DNA of 41,117 nt from Rhodoluna sp. (GTDB taxonomy: Bacteria > Actinomycetota > Actinomycetes > Actinomycetales > Microbacteriaceae), in the NCBI GenBank assembly GCA_044378505.1, contig JBILXL010000001.1, forward strand, positions 1-41,117, given 5' to 3'. Below the pieces are notes generated by a model that saw only the letters and a program-made list of their open reading frames with translations, did not search any database and was not told the DNA's origin. A program made the position numbers and the translations under genes. Of this stretch, positions 9,565-19,257 are shown one piece after another. Positions within the stretch are counted from its first letter, which is position 1. Each line of letters starts with the position of its first letter.

Positions 9565-10674
9565 TTAGCCTAAAGCATTTTCGAGTCTGGTAGCAGCCCT
9601 GGAAATATCACTGTCGGTGGCGGTCAGCGAAAAGCGGACGTGCTTGGTGGCGTATTGGCCGTAGAAGCTCCCCGGCACCACAAGAATTCCCAGATTCGCC
9701 ATCTTCTCAACCGTGTCCCAGCAGTCTTCACCCAAGGTGGCCCAGAGGTACAAGCCTGCTTCACTATCCGAAAGCTCAAAGCCATACTTCTTTACTGCCG
9801 CAAGCAGCACCTCGCGGCGCTTCCGGTAGATATCCTTCTCGTTTTTGACGTGGTCGTAATCACCCAGGGCTGCGATTACAGCTGCCTGGGTGGGAAGTGG
9901 CATCATCATTCCGGCGTGCATACGAAGGTTAACTAGGTCACGGATCAAATCCTTTGAGCCCACTGCAAAGGCAGCGCGGTAGCCAGCCATGTTGGACTGC
10001 TTAGAAAGCGAGTACACACACAAGATTCCCTCGTGGCTGGCGCCGCAAACTCTTGGGTCCAACACACTCGGAATCAGTTCTTTATCCCAAGGCGCACTCC
10101 AGCCAAGTTCGGCATAGCACTCGTCGGAAGCTAACAAAGCACCGAGTTCACGAGCACGCTTGACGGCTTTGGCGAATTTGTCAGCGGATAAGACTTTTCC
10201 ATCCGGGTTTCCCGGGGAGTTTATCCAAATTAACTTTGTGTTCTCGGGCCACTTATCTGGATCGTCTTCCGAGACCAAAGTTGCGCCAGCAAAGGCAGCC
10301 CCGACTGCGTAAGCCGTGTATGCAACCTTTGGTTGGATAACAACATCACCCTTGCCGATGCCAAGTAGCACCGGCAACCAGCTGATTAGTTCTTTGGACC
10401 CAATTGTTGGCATCACTTGGTCGGGATCTAGTCCAACTACCCCTCGCCTAGCTGCAAACCAAGACACAACTGATTCGCGAAACTGCTTCGAACCAGCAGT
10501 GGAGGGGTATCCCGGTGCGTTCGAGAAGTTTCTAAGTGCGTCTTGAACTACCTTTGGGGTTTCATCAATTGGTGAGCCAATCGATAAATCGATTGCACCT
10601 TCTTTGTGAAGGGCTGCTTTTGCACTAAAAGGTTTGAGTGATTGCCAGGGATACTCTGGCAGGGCGGTAAACAA
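9565..10674 (-). CDS. dapC: N-succinyldiaminopimelate aminotransferase
   Basis: PLP class I/II motifs (NSPGNP, SDECY, SLSKQSNMAGYR) and actinobacterial fdxA-dapC synteny. Confidence 0.93.
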   Translation of the reverse strand: MFTALPEYPWQSLKPFSAKAALHKEGAIDLSIGSPIDETPKVVQDALRNFSNAPGYPSTAGSKQFRESVVSWFAARRGVVGLDPDQVMPTIGSKELISWLPVLLGIGKGDVVIQPKVAYTAYAVGAAFAGATLVSEDDPDKWPENTKLIWINSPGNPDGKVLSADKFAKAVKRARELGALLASDECYAELGWSAPWDKELIPSVLDPRVCGASHEGILCVYSLSKQSNMAGYRAAFAVGSKDLIRDLVNLRMHAGMMMPLPTQAAVIAALGDYDHVKNEKDIYRKRREVLLAAVKKYGFELSDSEAGLYLWATLGEDCWDTVEKMANLGILVVPGSFYGQYATKHVRFSLTATDSDISRAATRLENALG

Positions 10675-11001
10675 TTAGGCCTGTTGAGGTTGTGGCGGAA
10701 GCGCTGCAACGATTGGGTGATCTCCGGCAATAGCGCCAACTTTGGCAGCTCCGCCCGGAGAGCCGATGGTTTCAAAAAATTCCACATTGGCTTTGTAGTA
10801 ATCGGCCCACTGCTCGGGAACGTCATCCTCGTAATAGATTGCCTCTACTGGGCAAACTGGCTCACAGGCTCCGCAGTCCACGCACTCATCTGGGTGGATG
10901 TAAAGCATGCGGTCGCCCTCATAAATGCAGTCCACCGGGCATTCTTCAATGCAGGCCTTGTCTTTAAGGTCCACGCAAGGCAGAGCGATAATGTAAGTCA
11001 T
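10675..11001 (-). CDS. fdxA: 7Fe-type ferredoxin
   Basis: CVDLKDKACIEECPVDC...CVDCGACEPVCP. Confidence 0.96.
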   Translation of the reverse strand: MTYIIALPCVDLKDKACIEECPVDCIYEGDRMLYIHPDECVDCGACEPVCPVEAIYYEDDVPEQWADYYKANVEFFETIGSPGGAAKVGAIAGDHPIVAALPPQPQQA

Positions 11002-11031
11002 TTTTGAGGAATCCTTCCTTTAGCTATTTTA

Positions 11032-12162
11032 CTAGCGATGTCCGGATGCGTTTTTAGCCCAGGTGCCGGGTCTTAGTTTCGGGAACAAAATCACTACTGC
11101 ACAAATGATCAGCGAACCATAAACCCAGAAGTTCCCAGCCTGGTTGTCCATGATCAGTGCGTCCCCAGCAGCACTTGGTCGAGAGAGCCAAAAGACAGTT
11201 CCCGCAAGAGTAAGGCTCATCAAATACAAAGCGCCTCGAGAGTTTCTAAGAAGTCGGAGAGCCACTGCAAGGGCGAATGTCATTACCAAGGCAACCACTA
11301 GCCCGATTGGGGTTCTGGCCTCATCGGAAGCAGTGACCGAGTGAAGAAGTGTTCCAGCAAAACCCAGAAGTATTCCAAGTGGAAGTGCCCAAAGAGCAAT
11401 AAAGACCGGTTTAAGCCAAATCCATGGTCTCGTTGAAGCTTTGCGAAGTCGCTCTGGTTTGTCGTAGCGGATGTCTCTTCCCGGGACCAAAGAGTAGGTC
11501 TCTGAAGCTACCGCTACTTGACTTGCGTGCTGCTCCAAAGCAGCCTTCTTCTTTGGAGCAGTCTTTGAGCCACCGACTTCTACATCAAATCTTTCACCTG
11601 GCTCAGCAATTACCCAGAACTGCGGCGGCCTAGATTTAGTGTCCCGAGCAAAACGGCGAAGAGCCATGGCGGTTGCCTCGTGGGCCTTTTTGTGATCAGG
11701 ATGCCCAAAACCACCGTTTCGGTTGTAAGTGATTACCGCATCAGGCTTGAAGTTTTTTAGCTCCTGGAAAATATCATCTGCGATTACCGCTGTCGAGACA
11801 GAAGACAAGGACATCTCATCGGTCCTGCGAGTTTTGATTGGTTTACCGAAGGCGTTGAGTCTCATACCCGAATCCAGGTAAGCGCGAGTTCCAGCAAATT
11901 TGTGCTTAATGCTGCCAAGTTGAGCAAGTGCATTTCGCAACTCGTTCGAGCGGAACTCTCCCATAGAGGCGAGATTTCCTTCGAGTGGTTTTAGGTCCTC
12001 GAGTTTTACTCTTCCTCGCTCGCCACGAGTAAGAGTCAGAACCATGACTTCAGCTCCCGCTGAAGCGCGCTCTGCGATTACGTGGCCGGTAAAAAGCGAC
12101 TCATCGTCTGGATGCGCATGCACCAGGAGCACTTTTTTGGGGTTGAAACCAGCTTTTGCCAT
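11032..12162 (-). CDS. PIG-L/MshB-like deacetylase fused to a C-terminal ~4-TM domain
   Basis: HAHPDDE and GHPDH metal motifs, TRGERG, and a hydrophobic C-terminal ~125 aa. ATG 12162 lies 7 nt after a TAGAGT -10 element. Confidence 0.85.
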   Translation of the reverse strand: MAKAGFNPKKVLLVHAHPDDESLFTGHVIAERASAGAEVMVLTLTRGERGRVKLEDLKPLEGNLASMGEFRSNELRNALAQLGSIKHKFAGTRAYLDSGMRLNAFGKPIKTRRTDEMSLSSVSTAVIADDIFQELKNFKPDAVITYNRNGGFGHPDHKKAHEATAMALRRFARDTKSRPPQFWVIAEPGERFDVEVGGSKTAPKKKAALEQHASQVAVASETYSLVPGRDIRYDKPERLRKASTRPWIWLKPVFIALWALPLGILLGFAGTLLHSVTASDEARTPIGLVVALVMTFALAVALRLLRNSRGALYLMSLTLAGTVFWLSRPSAAGDALIMDNQAGNFWVYGSLIICAVVILFPKLRPGTWAKNASGHR

Positions 12163-12181
12163 AACCACAACTCTAAGTGTT

Positions 12182-14092
12182 TTAGCTCTCGCTAGCTCGT
12201 TTTCTGGCAGAGGCAGCGCGAGCTCTGATGTTTGGGTCCAGTTCTAGCTTGCGAATACGGGTGCCTTCTGGAGTTACTTCAACACACTCGTCCTCGCGGG
12301 CAAATTCAAGACACTCTTCCAAAGACAGCTTTCTTGGGGGCGTTAGCTTCTCAAACTCTTCGCTGGAAGAAGCTCTCATGTTGGTGAGCTTCTTTTCCTT
12401 GGTGATGTTAACTTCCATGTCATCAGCGCGAGCGTTCTCTCCAACAACCTGACCGGCGTAAACCTCATCGGTTGGCTCAACGAAGAACGTTCCTCGCTCT
12501 TGCAAACCAATTAGTGCAAACGGAGTTACGGCTCCCGCGCGGTCAGAAATAAGCGATCCATTCGTGCGGGTGACGATCTCACCAAACCATGGCTCATAAC
12601 CTGCTGAGATGGCGTTGGCAATTCCAGTTCCACGAGTGGTGGTTAGAAACTCAGTACGGAAGCCAATTAGCCCGCGAGAAGGAACCATGAACTCCATGCG
12701 AACCCAACCGGTGCCGTGGTTGATCATGTTCTTCATCCGGCCCTTGCGAGAGGCAAGCAACTGGGTGATCGAACCTAGGAATTCCTCTGGCACGTCAATG
12801 GTCAAATCTTCAACCGGCTCGTGGAGTTTTCCATCAACCTTCTTTGTAACTACCTGTGGCTTACCTACGGTTAGCTCGTAGCCTTCGCGTCGCATCTGCT
12901 CCACCAGGATGGCTAGCGCCAACTCCCCACGACCTTGAACTTCCCAAGCGTCTGGTCGCTCGGTTGGAAGCACTCGAATGGAAACGTTTCCCACGAGTTC
13001 GCGGTCGAGACGATCTTTCACCAAACGTGCAGTGACCTTGGCACCCTTAACGCGACCTGCCATAGGAGATGTGTTGATACCGATAGTCATCGAGATTGCA
13101 GGGTCATCCACCTTGATCAGTGGAAGTGGTCGAATATCATCTGGGTCGGCAAGTGTTTCACCAATGGTGATCTCCTCGATGCCGGCAACTGCCACGATAT
13201 CTCCAGGGCCCGCCTGATCAGTTGGGAAGCGCTCTAGTGCGCGGGTAATCAATAGCTCTGTAATCTTCACGTTTTGGGTTTCACCGTTTTGTCTTACCCA
13301 AGCTACTTGCTGACCCTTTTTGATTGTTCCGTTGAAGATACGAAGTAGTGCAAGACGACCCAAGAAAGGAGACGCGTCGAGGTTGGTCACGTGGGCCTGA
13401 AGCGGCGCATCAGCGTCATACTTTGGAGCTGGAATGTATTTCAAGATTGCAGCAAACAATGGCTCTAGATCTGCGTTGTCAGGTAAAGATCCGTTTTCTG
13501 GCTTGTTCAGAGATGCCGCTCCGGCACGACCTGATGCGTAGATAACGGGCAGGTTCAAGATTGCGTCGACATCGAGTTCTGGAACATCGTCAGATAGGTC
13601 GCTAGCAAGACCCAACAGCAAGTCGTGAGTTTCCTCAACTACTTCGTCGATTCGTGCGTCTGGTCGGTCAGTTTTGTTCACTAGCAAGATCACAGGCAAA
13701 TTGGATTCCATGGCTTTGCGAAGTACGAACCGCGTCTGAGGAAGTGGGCCTTCGCTGGCATCGACCAAAAGTACTACACCGTCAACCATTGAGATACCGC
13801 GCTCAACCTCGCCACCGAAATCAGCGTGGCCTGGGGTGTCAACAACGTTGATGGTGATTGTCTTGCCCTCGGCTGCTTTACCGGAATAGCTAATGGCAGT
13901 GTTCTTGGCAAGGATGGTGATTCCCTTTTCCTTTTCCAGATCCCCAGAGTCCATCAAGCGCTCACCTAAGTTGCTGTGCTCTCCGAAGGCTCCGGTCTGG
14001 CGAAGCATGGCGTCAACCAGCGTTGTCTTTCCGTGGTCTACGTGAGCCACGATTGCAACGTTTCTAAGGTCTTCTCTGATTGCCAGAGTCAT
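12182..14092 (-). CDS. typA: Translational GTPase TypA/BipA
   Basis: [27 protein letters not shown] and GRGEL. Confidence 0.98.
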   Translation of the reverse strand: MTLAIREDLRNVAIVAHVDHGKTTLVDAMLRQTGAFGEHSNLGERLMDSGDLEKEKGITILAKNTAISYSGKAAEGKTITINVVDTPGHADFGGEVERGISMVDGVVLLVDASEGPLPQTRFVLRKAMESNLPVILLVNKTDRPDARIDEVVEETHDLLLGLASDLSDDVPELDVDAILNLPVIYASGRAGAASLNKPENGSLPDNADLEPLFAAILKYIPAPKYDADAPLQAHVTNLDASPFLGRLALLRIFNGTIKKGQQVAWVRQNGETQNVKITELLITRALERFPTDQAGPGDIVAVAGIEEITIGETLADPDDIRPLPLIKVDDPAISMTIGINTSPMAGRVKGAKVTARLVKDRLDRELVGNVSIRVLPTERPDAWEVQGRGELALAILVEQMRREGYELTVGKPQVVTKKVDGKLHEPVEDLTIDVPEEFLGSITQLLASRKGRMKNMINHGTGWVRMEFMVPSRGLIGFRTEFLTTTRGTGIANAISAGYEPWFGEIVTRTNGSLISDRAGAVTPFALIGLQERGTFFVEPTDEVYAGQVVGENARADDMEVNITKEKKLTNMRASSSEEFEKLTPPRKLSLEECLEFAREDECVEVTPEGTRIRKLELDPNIRARAASARKRASES

Positions 14093-14222
14093 AAAAAACT
14101 TCCTTTATATGTGCGCAACAAAGCGCCTTCGCTTGTAGCAATTGGATTTTTGCCTGAACCTGGGCCAAACACTTTAGTTAGCGATGAAACTGGCCTCAAG
14201 AGCTATCAGTTTAGCTTGGCAG

Positions 14223-15878
14223 CTATCCCTTTAGGGTCTTTAGGCGAGTTTCACGCCTAATCCGCTGCTGATCGGGGTCTGGGACGGGTACAGCGGCAAT
14301 CAAACGCTTGGTGTAGTCCTGCTGGGGGTTTCTAAGAATTTGGTTCTTATCGCCCTGCTCAACAATCTCACCGTGATTCATTACTGCAATTCGATCTGCG
14401 AGGAAATCAACTACTGCCAGGTCGTGACTCACAAACAAACAGGCAAACCCAAGATCCTTCTGCAGGTCCTTGAGAAGCTCCAGCACTCGAGCCTGAACTG
14501 ATACATCAAGAGCACTTGTTGGCTCATCCGCAACTAGGAACTCAGGGGAAAGAGCTAGTGCTCGAGCAATTCCAACTCGCTGTCGCTGGCCTCCAGATAG
14601 TTCGTGTGGGTACCTGTTGCGGTAGCTAATCGGGAGCTGAACCTGATCCAAGAGCTCATCAATTCTCTTGTTAGCTTGGTCTTTAGAGAATTGCTTGGAA
14701 AGCACCAGCGGCTCCGCGATGGATTGAGAAATAGACCAGCGCGGGTTCAAAGAAGAACCTGGATCTTGAAAAACTATTCCTAGCTTGCTTCTTAGTTGAC
14801 GAAGCTCGGATTTTTTGGTGCTAGAAATATCTTTTCCTGCCACAATCAAGCTTCCTGACTTAACTGGCAGCAATCCCACGGCGGCGCGTCCGACGGTAGT
14901 TTTTCCAGAACCAGACTCACCCACTAGTCCGAGAACTTCACCCTTTGCAATTTCCAAATTGATGTTCTTGGCTGCCAGAAAAGCAGGGACCCGTCCACGC
15001 TTGGGGTATTCAATGTTGACGTCCTTCAAAGAAAGCACCAAGTCCTCTTTGGACGTCGGTTTGGCAGCTAGCGCAGCTCCACTGCCGAGATTCGGAACAG
15101 CTGCCAGTAGATGCTGGGTGTAGACCTGCTGAGGAGATTTGTAAATCTGACGCGAGCTTCCCTGCTCGACCATCACTCCATCTTTCATAACCAATACGCG
15201 GTCTGCTAAGTCTGCAACAACGCCCATGTCATGAGTGATCAGCAAGATTGCTGAATTCAATCTCTTGTGTAGGTCTCGAAGAAGATCAAGAATTTCCGCC
15301 TGGATTGTCACATCTAGCGCAGTGGTGGGTTCATCGGCAATTAGAAGTTTTGGATCACAAGAAATCGCCTGAGCAATCATGGCTCTTTGTCTTTGGCCGC
15401 CGGAGAGCTGGTGCGGGTAGGAGTTGAACGCTTTCTCCGGATCTGGTAGATCCACCATCGTAAGTAGCTCAATTGCGCGCTGCTTGGCTTTTTGATTAGT
15501 CATGTTGAAGTGGACCCGCAAAGTCTCCATAATCTGGAATCCGATTGTGTAGACGGGGTTCAGTGCCGTCATCGGCTCCTGGAAGATAACCGCTATTCCA
15601 CTTCCACGCAGTTCTCTAAGGCGCTTAGGGGTAGCTGTGATCAACTCTTCGCCAGCTAGTTTCACGCTTCCAAAGACGCGGCCGTTTTGGTCGGTAAGGC
15701 CAAGTAGTGCCATGGAGCTCGCGCTCTTTCCAGACCCAGACTCACCAACAATTGCAAGCACCTCACCGGCTGCGATTTCGTAGCTTAGATTTTTGGCCGC
15801 TGGAACCCACTCTCCCTCAACCCAGAAATCTACTCCGAGGTCCTTGACTTCAAGAATCACTTTTGAATCCTGATTCAT
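14223..15878 (-). CDS. Peptide/nickel-family ABC transporter ATP-binding protein (fused double NBD)
   Basis: Two GESGSGK Walker A motifs, two LSGGQRQR signatures and two DEPT motifs. It has its own SD, AAGGAGG. Confidence 0.96.
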   Translation of the reverse strand: MNQDSKVILEVKDLGVDFWVEGEWVPAAKNLSYEIAAGEVLAIVGESGSGKSASSMALLGLTDQNGRVFGSVKLAGEELITATPKRLRELRGSGIAVIFQEPMTALNPVYTIGFQIMETLRVHFNMTNQKAKQRAIELLTMVDLPDPEKAFNSYPHQLSGGQRQRAMIAQAISCDPKLLIADEPTTALDVTIQAEILDLLRDLHKRLNSAILLITHDMGVVADLADRVLVMKDGVMVEQGSSRQIYKSPQQVYTQHLLAAVPNLGSGAALAAKPTSKEDLVLSLKDVNIEYPKRGRVPAFLAAKNINLEIAKGEVLGLVGESGSGKTTVGRAAVGLLPVKSGSLIVAGKDISSTKKSELRQLRSKLGIVFQDPGSSLNPRWSISQSIAEPLVLSKQFSKDQANKRIDELLDQVQLPISYRNRYPHELSGGQRQRVGIARALALSPEFLVADEPTSALDVSVQARVLELLKDLQKDLGFACLFVSHDLAVVDFLADRIAVMNHGEIVEQGDKNQILRNPQQDYTKRLIAAVPVPDPDQQRIRRETRLKTLKG

Positions 15879-15922
15879 AGCCCGAGACCTCCTTCTGGAG
15901 CTGAGTGTGTGAAACTAAAAGC

Positions 15923-16516
15923 ATGAATTCTCAGCAGCTTCGATCCCGTTCGGGCAAAATCATGGCTATTGTGGCAATAGCCTTTGCGGCCATTGGAGTT
16001 TTTGCCCTGACCACCGAACCAATGACGGTATTGCTGACTAAATTTTGGATCTACCTCTGGTTTGGCTATTTGGCCTGGTTGTTGTTTTGGAACCCCAGCG
16101 TTCGAGTGGGTGAATCGGAAGTTGTGGTTGACAACATTTTTAGAACCACAACTTTGAACTGGAGTTCGATTAGGCGAATCGACACCAAGTACTCGCTCGC
16201 CCTGGAAACTCCAAATGGAATCGTTCGAGCTTGGGCTGCTCCAGCACCATCTCGATACGCTGGATTTCTGGCCAACAGGACCGAGGCTGAGCATCTGCCG
16301 GAAAGCAGTTTTATCGGACACGGGATGGTGAGACCAGGTGATCTGACTAGTAGCGATAGCGGTGTTGCCGCTTATGTAATTCGCAGCCACTGGGAAAAGC
16401 TCCGGGACACCAGTCAACTTAACGAAAACCCCCGAGTCGTAACTCGATGGGTTGTGGCTCGACTGATAGCTTTTGTCGTTTTGGGTGTAGCTGCCCTGCT
16501 TGGTTTTATTTCTTAG
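15923..16516 (+). CDS. Membrane protein with a bacterial PH-like domain
   Basis: Two N-terminal TM segments, then PSVRVGESEVVVDNIFRTTTLNWSSI (PH-like pattern), RAWAAP and a C-terminal TM. ATG 15923 is preferred over GTG 15905. Confidence 0.8.
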   Translation: MNSQQLRSRSGKIMAIVAIAFAAIGVFALTTEPMTVLLTKFWIYLWFGYLAWLLFWNPSVRVGESEVVVDNIFRTTTLNWSSIRRIDTKYSLALETPNGIVRAWAAPAPSRYAGFLANRTEAEHLPESSFIGHGMVRPGDLTSSDSGVAAYVIRSHWEKLRDTSQLNENPRVVTRWVVARLIAFVVLGVAALLGFIS

Positions 16517-17582
16517 CACTTGGCTCAACCGCCTTACGTGCAACTAGTCTTCTGAAACCGGCAAGAAGGCCGTCGGTTGCTACGTGGAACCTTCTTTGTC
16601 TTGGGTCAAATGCATCGCGCAAGCCATCACCGATGAAGTTAATCGACAAAGCAACGATGATAATGAAAAAGCCTGGCCACCAGAACAGCCAAGGTCTAGT
16701 AGAGAATGCTTCCTGGTACTCAGAGATAATCTGACCCAGTGAGATATCGGGTGCGGTGATTCCAAAGCCCAAGTAGCTCAAGGATGTTTCGAGCAAGATT
16801 GCTGCACTCATCAAAAGCGTGGTGTTGACGATGATTACACCAATTGCATTGGGAAGTATGTGCTTGAAGATAATCCGTCCAGGTCCAGCTCCCGCTACCC
16901 GGGCTGCGTCAACAAACTCTCGCTCTCGCAGCGATAAAAACTCAGCTCGGACAAGCCTAGATAAACCAGTCCATAGGAAAAGACCTAGGAAGAAAGCCAG
17001 GAACAAAGCGCTTCCGCCACCAAAAGCCTGACCAACAACTGCTCCAAGGATCAATACAGGAATGATGATGATTACGTCAGTCACACGCATCAACACAGAG
17101 TCAACCCAGCCGCGGAAATATCCGGCGATTGAGCCCACCAAAACCCCAATGGCCGTGGTGATAAATCCGATTACGAACATAACCGTGAGCGACTGCTGTA
17201 TGCCTCGCATTACGCGAGCAAAGATGTCTTTGCCGAGGGTATCTTGTCCGAATGGGTGCTCACCTAGTGAAGGCGGGAACAAAGTAAGTGTTGGCGTTCC
17301 TCCGACGTTCAATAGATCGTAGTTTTCGTACCAGTTGTACTTCCACCAGCCAGGAATTCTAAATCCGTCAATTGCGAAAGACCCTGAAGCGTCAACAATT
17401 AGCTTTCCCGTTCCTCCAACAACCGTGCCAACAGAAGAAAATGAAATGACGATTACAAAGATTAGAACTACAAGGCCGATCATCGCACCGCGGTGCTTTA
17501 GGAATCTTCGGCGGATAAGTTGACCCTGGCTGATACCGGCTTGATCCTGGCTTGATATAGTTTCCACTTTCTTGCTCGCCAT
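16506..17582 (-). CDS. Peptide ABC transporter permease (OppC/DppC-like)
   Basis: HPFGQDTLGKD, EAA loop (EFVDAARVAGA), HILPN and GDGLRDAFDPR. Confidence 0.95.
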   Translation of the reverse strand: MASKKVETISSQDQAGISQGQLIRRRFLKHRGAMIGLVVLIFVIVISFSSVGTVVGGTGKLIVDASGSFAIDGFRIPGWWKYNWYENYDLLNVGGTPTLTLFPPSLGEHPFGQDTLGKDIFARVMRGIQQSLTVMFVIGFITTAIGVLVGSIAGYFRGWVDSVLMRVTDVIIIIPVLILGAVVGQAFGGGSALFLAFFLGLFLWTGLSRLVRAEFLSLREREFVDAARVAGAGPGRIIFKHILPNAIGVIIVNTTLLMSAAILLETSLSYLGFGITAPDISLGQIISEYQEAFSTRPWLFWWPGFFIIIVALSINFIGDGLRDAFDPRQRRFHVATDGLLAGFRRLVARKAVEPSAKK

Positions 17583-19120
17583 TAGCTCAACCTAATCCTC
17601 GGGTCCAGAGCGGCATAGGCGATATCTGCAACCACGTTGAAGACAACCGCAACGATTCCAGTTACTAGGAATACGCCCATAACTAAGTTCAAATCGACTG
17701 CCTGAAGGCCCAGATTGAAAAGCGATCCCATTCCCTGCCAGGCAAAAATACGCTCGGTGATGATAGCGCCTCCAATAAGTCCTCCAATGTCAAAGGCAAC
17801 GATTGTGACAATGGGAATCATCGCATTTCTAAACGCGTGCCTCATGATTACAGTTCTTTCAGCTAGTCCCTTAGCTCGTGCGGTACGAACGTAATCCTGG
17901 TTCAGAACTTCAAGCAGGCTTGAGCGTGCGTATCTGGTGTAGGCCGCAAGTGAACCAATCGAGAGTGCAATGGTTGGTAGTAGGAGGTGTCCAAAACCAT
18001 CGAGCATCTGGAACCACATGTCGCCCGGAAGATTCGGGGTTTTCGCTCCAATGGTTGAAATTATGCCCTGAGCCTGTGGAATCATCAGTTGGTAGTCAGT
18101 CCAGGTCTGAAGCACTCGGTCCACAATCACAAACCCGAGAGTAAGGATGCTAATGATGCCGGCGGCTCGAATCACTTGTTTCTTGTCTTCTCCGCCAAAA
18201 AATGTCCCTGCGACAAAAGCAACACCAATTGCCAGTCCAACCAATGCCACAACAGTCCAAAGCTCCGGGAAGAAAAAGAATAGGAACTGAAGCGGGTACC
18301 AAACCGCTAACCAAAACACGACAACAGCTGCTGCTGCAAGAAGCATTCCGCGTTGCTTGAAACCAGTGGTGAGGGCAATAACGATTGTTGACAATAGGGC
18401 TCCGCCGAGAAGAATTCCAAAAAGGCCCAAAGAAGGTTTCTCGAACCAGCCGGTTAGCAATAGGGCCTGAAGACCCACGAAGGTCACCGCGGTTCCAATG
18501 CCCAGAACCTTAGCTCGAGTTTTAGAGCTTCCCCCAACAATTCCCATCCAGGCAGCACCCGAGGCCAGTGCAATCACTACAGCCAGCCAAAGCGGGACTT
18601 CCGGGTTACCTAAGAACTGATTGAAGCGAATCGCCCCCCATTCTTTTAGTAAAACTGCGAACCAGAAGATTGGAAGTGAGTAGAAAACAAAAGTCATAAA
18701 GGTGACTGTGTAGTCATAACCGCTGTACTGGCGAAGCGCGGTGGACATACCGATTGCAACTCCAAGAACGATTGCAACGATTGTTGCCAGGGTGATTAGT
18801 TGGATGGTTGACACCATTGCGCCGGCCAAGGCTTCCGTCACGGCTTGCTCTCCCCGAGAAACTGAGATGCCTAAATCACACTGGCCAATGAAGCATCCCG
18901 CAACTCCTGCCAGCCACTTGAAGTAGCGAAGCGCTGGCGGAGTATCTAGGTCTAAAACCCTTGTCAAATAGGCGATTTTTTCCTGGGCGTTTGGGTCGCT
19001 TGAGCCTCGAAGTTCCAGAAGTGGGTCGCCGGAAATCGCGGTTAGGAAGTAAACGATGAAGGAAGCTGCTAGTAAAACCAAGATGGTTGCAAAGAATCGC
19101 CTGACGATAAATGCCAGCAT
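17582..19120 (-). CDS. Peptide ABC transporter permease (OppB/DppB-like, long form)
   Basis: DYVRTARAKGL, HAFRNA and YAALDPRIR, plus a large hydrophobic insertion. Confidence 0.95.
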   Translation of the reverse strand: MLAFIVRRFFATILVLLAASFIVYFLTAISGDPLLELRGSSDPNAQEKIAYLTRVLDLDTPPALRYFKWLAGVAGCFIGQCDLGISVSRGEQAVTEALAGAMVSTIQLITLATIVAIVLGVAIGMSTALRQYSGYDYTVTFMTFVFYSLPIFWFAVLLKEWGAIRFNQFLGNPEVPLWLAVVIALASGAAWMGIVGGSSKTRAKVLGIGTAVTFVGLQALLLTGWFEKPSLGLFGILLGGALLSTIVIALTTGFKQRGMLLAAAAVVVFWLAVWYPLQFLFFFFPELWTVVALVGLAIGVAFVAGTFFGGEDKKQVIRAAGIISILTLGFVIVDRVLQTWTDYQLMIPQAQGIISTIGAKTPNLPGDMWFQMLDGFGHLLLPTIALSIGSLAAYTRYARSSLLEVLNQDYVRTARAKGLAERTVIMRHAFRNAMIPIVTIVAFDIGGLIGGAIITERIFAWQGMGSLFNLGLQAVDLNLVMGVFLVTGIVAVVFNVVADIAYAALDPRIRLS

Positions 19121-19192
19121 TCAACACCTCCATTGGTTTGAAACTACCTTCCGAAACTCTACCAACCAGCGTGGGCTTGAGCCTCGAGAAGT

Positions 19193-19231
19193 GAAAAACC
19201 GGCTGGCAGCTTTGTAGCTGCCAGCCGGTTT
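19193..19231 (-). terminator. Intra-operon hairpin/terminator after the substrate-binding protein gene
   Basis: Perfect 16-bp stem AAACCGGCTGGCAGCT-ttgt-AGCTGCCAGCCGGTTT ending in a U-run on the minus strand. Confidence 0.85.
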
Positions 19232-19257
19232 CTTCGTTTGATACCTAAATCCAGTTA

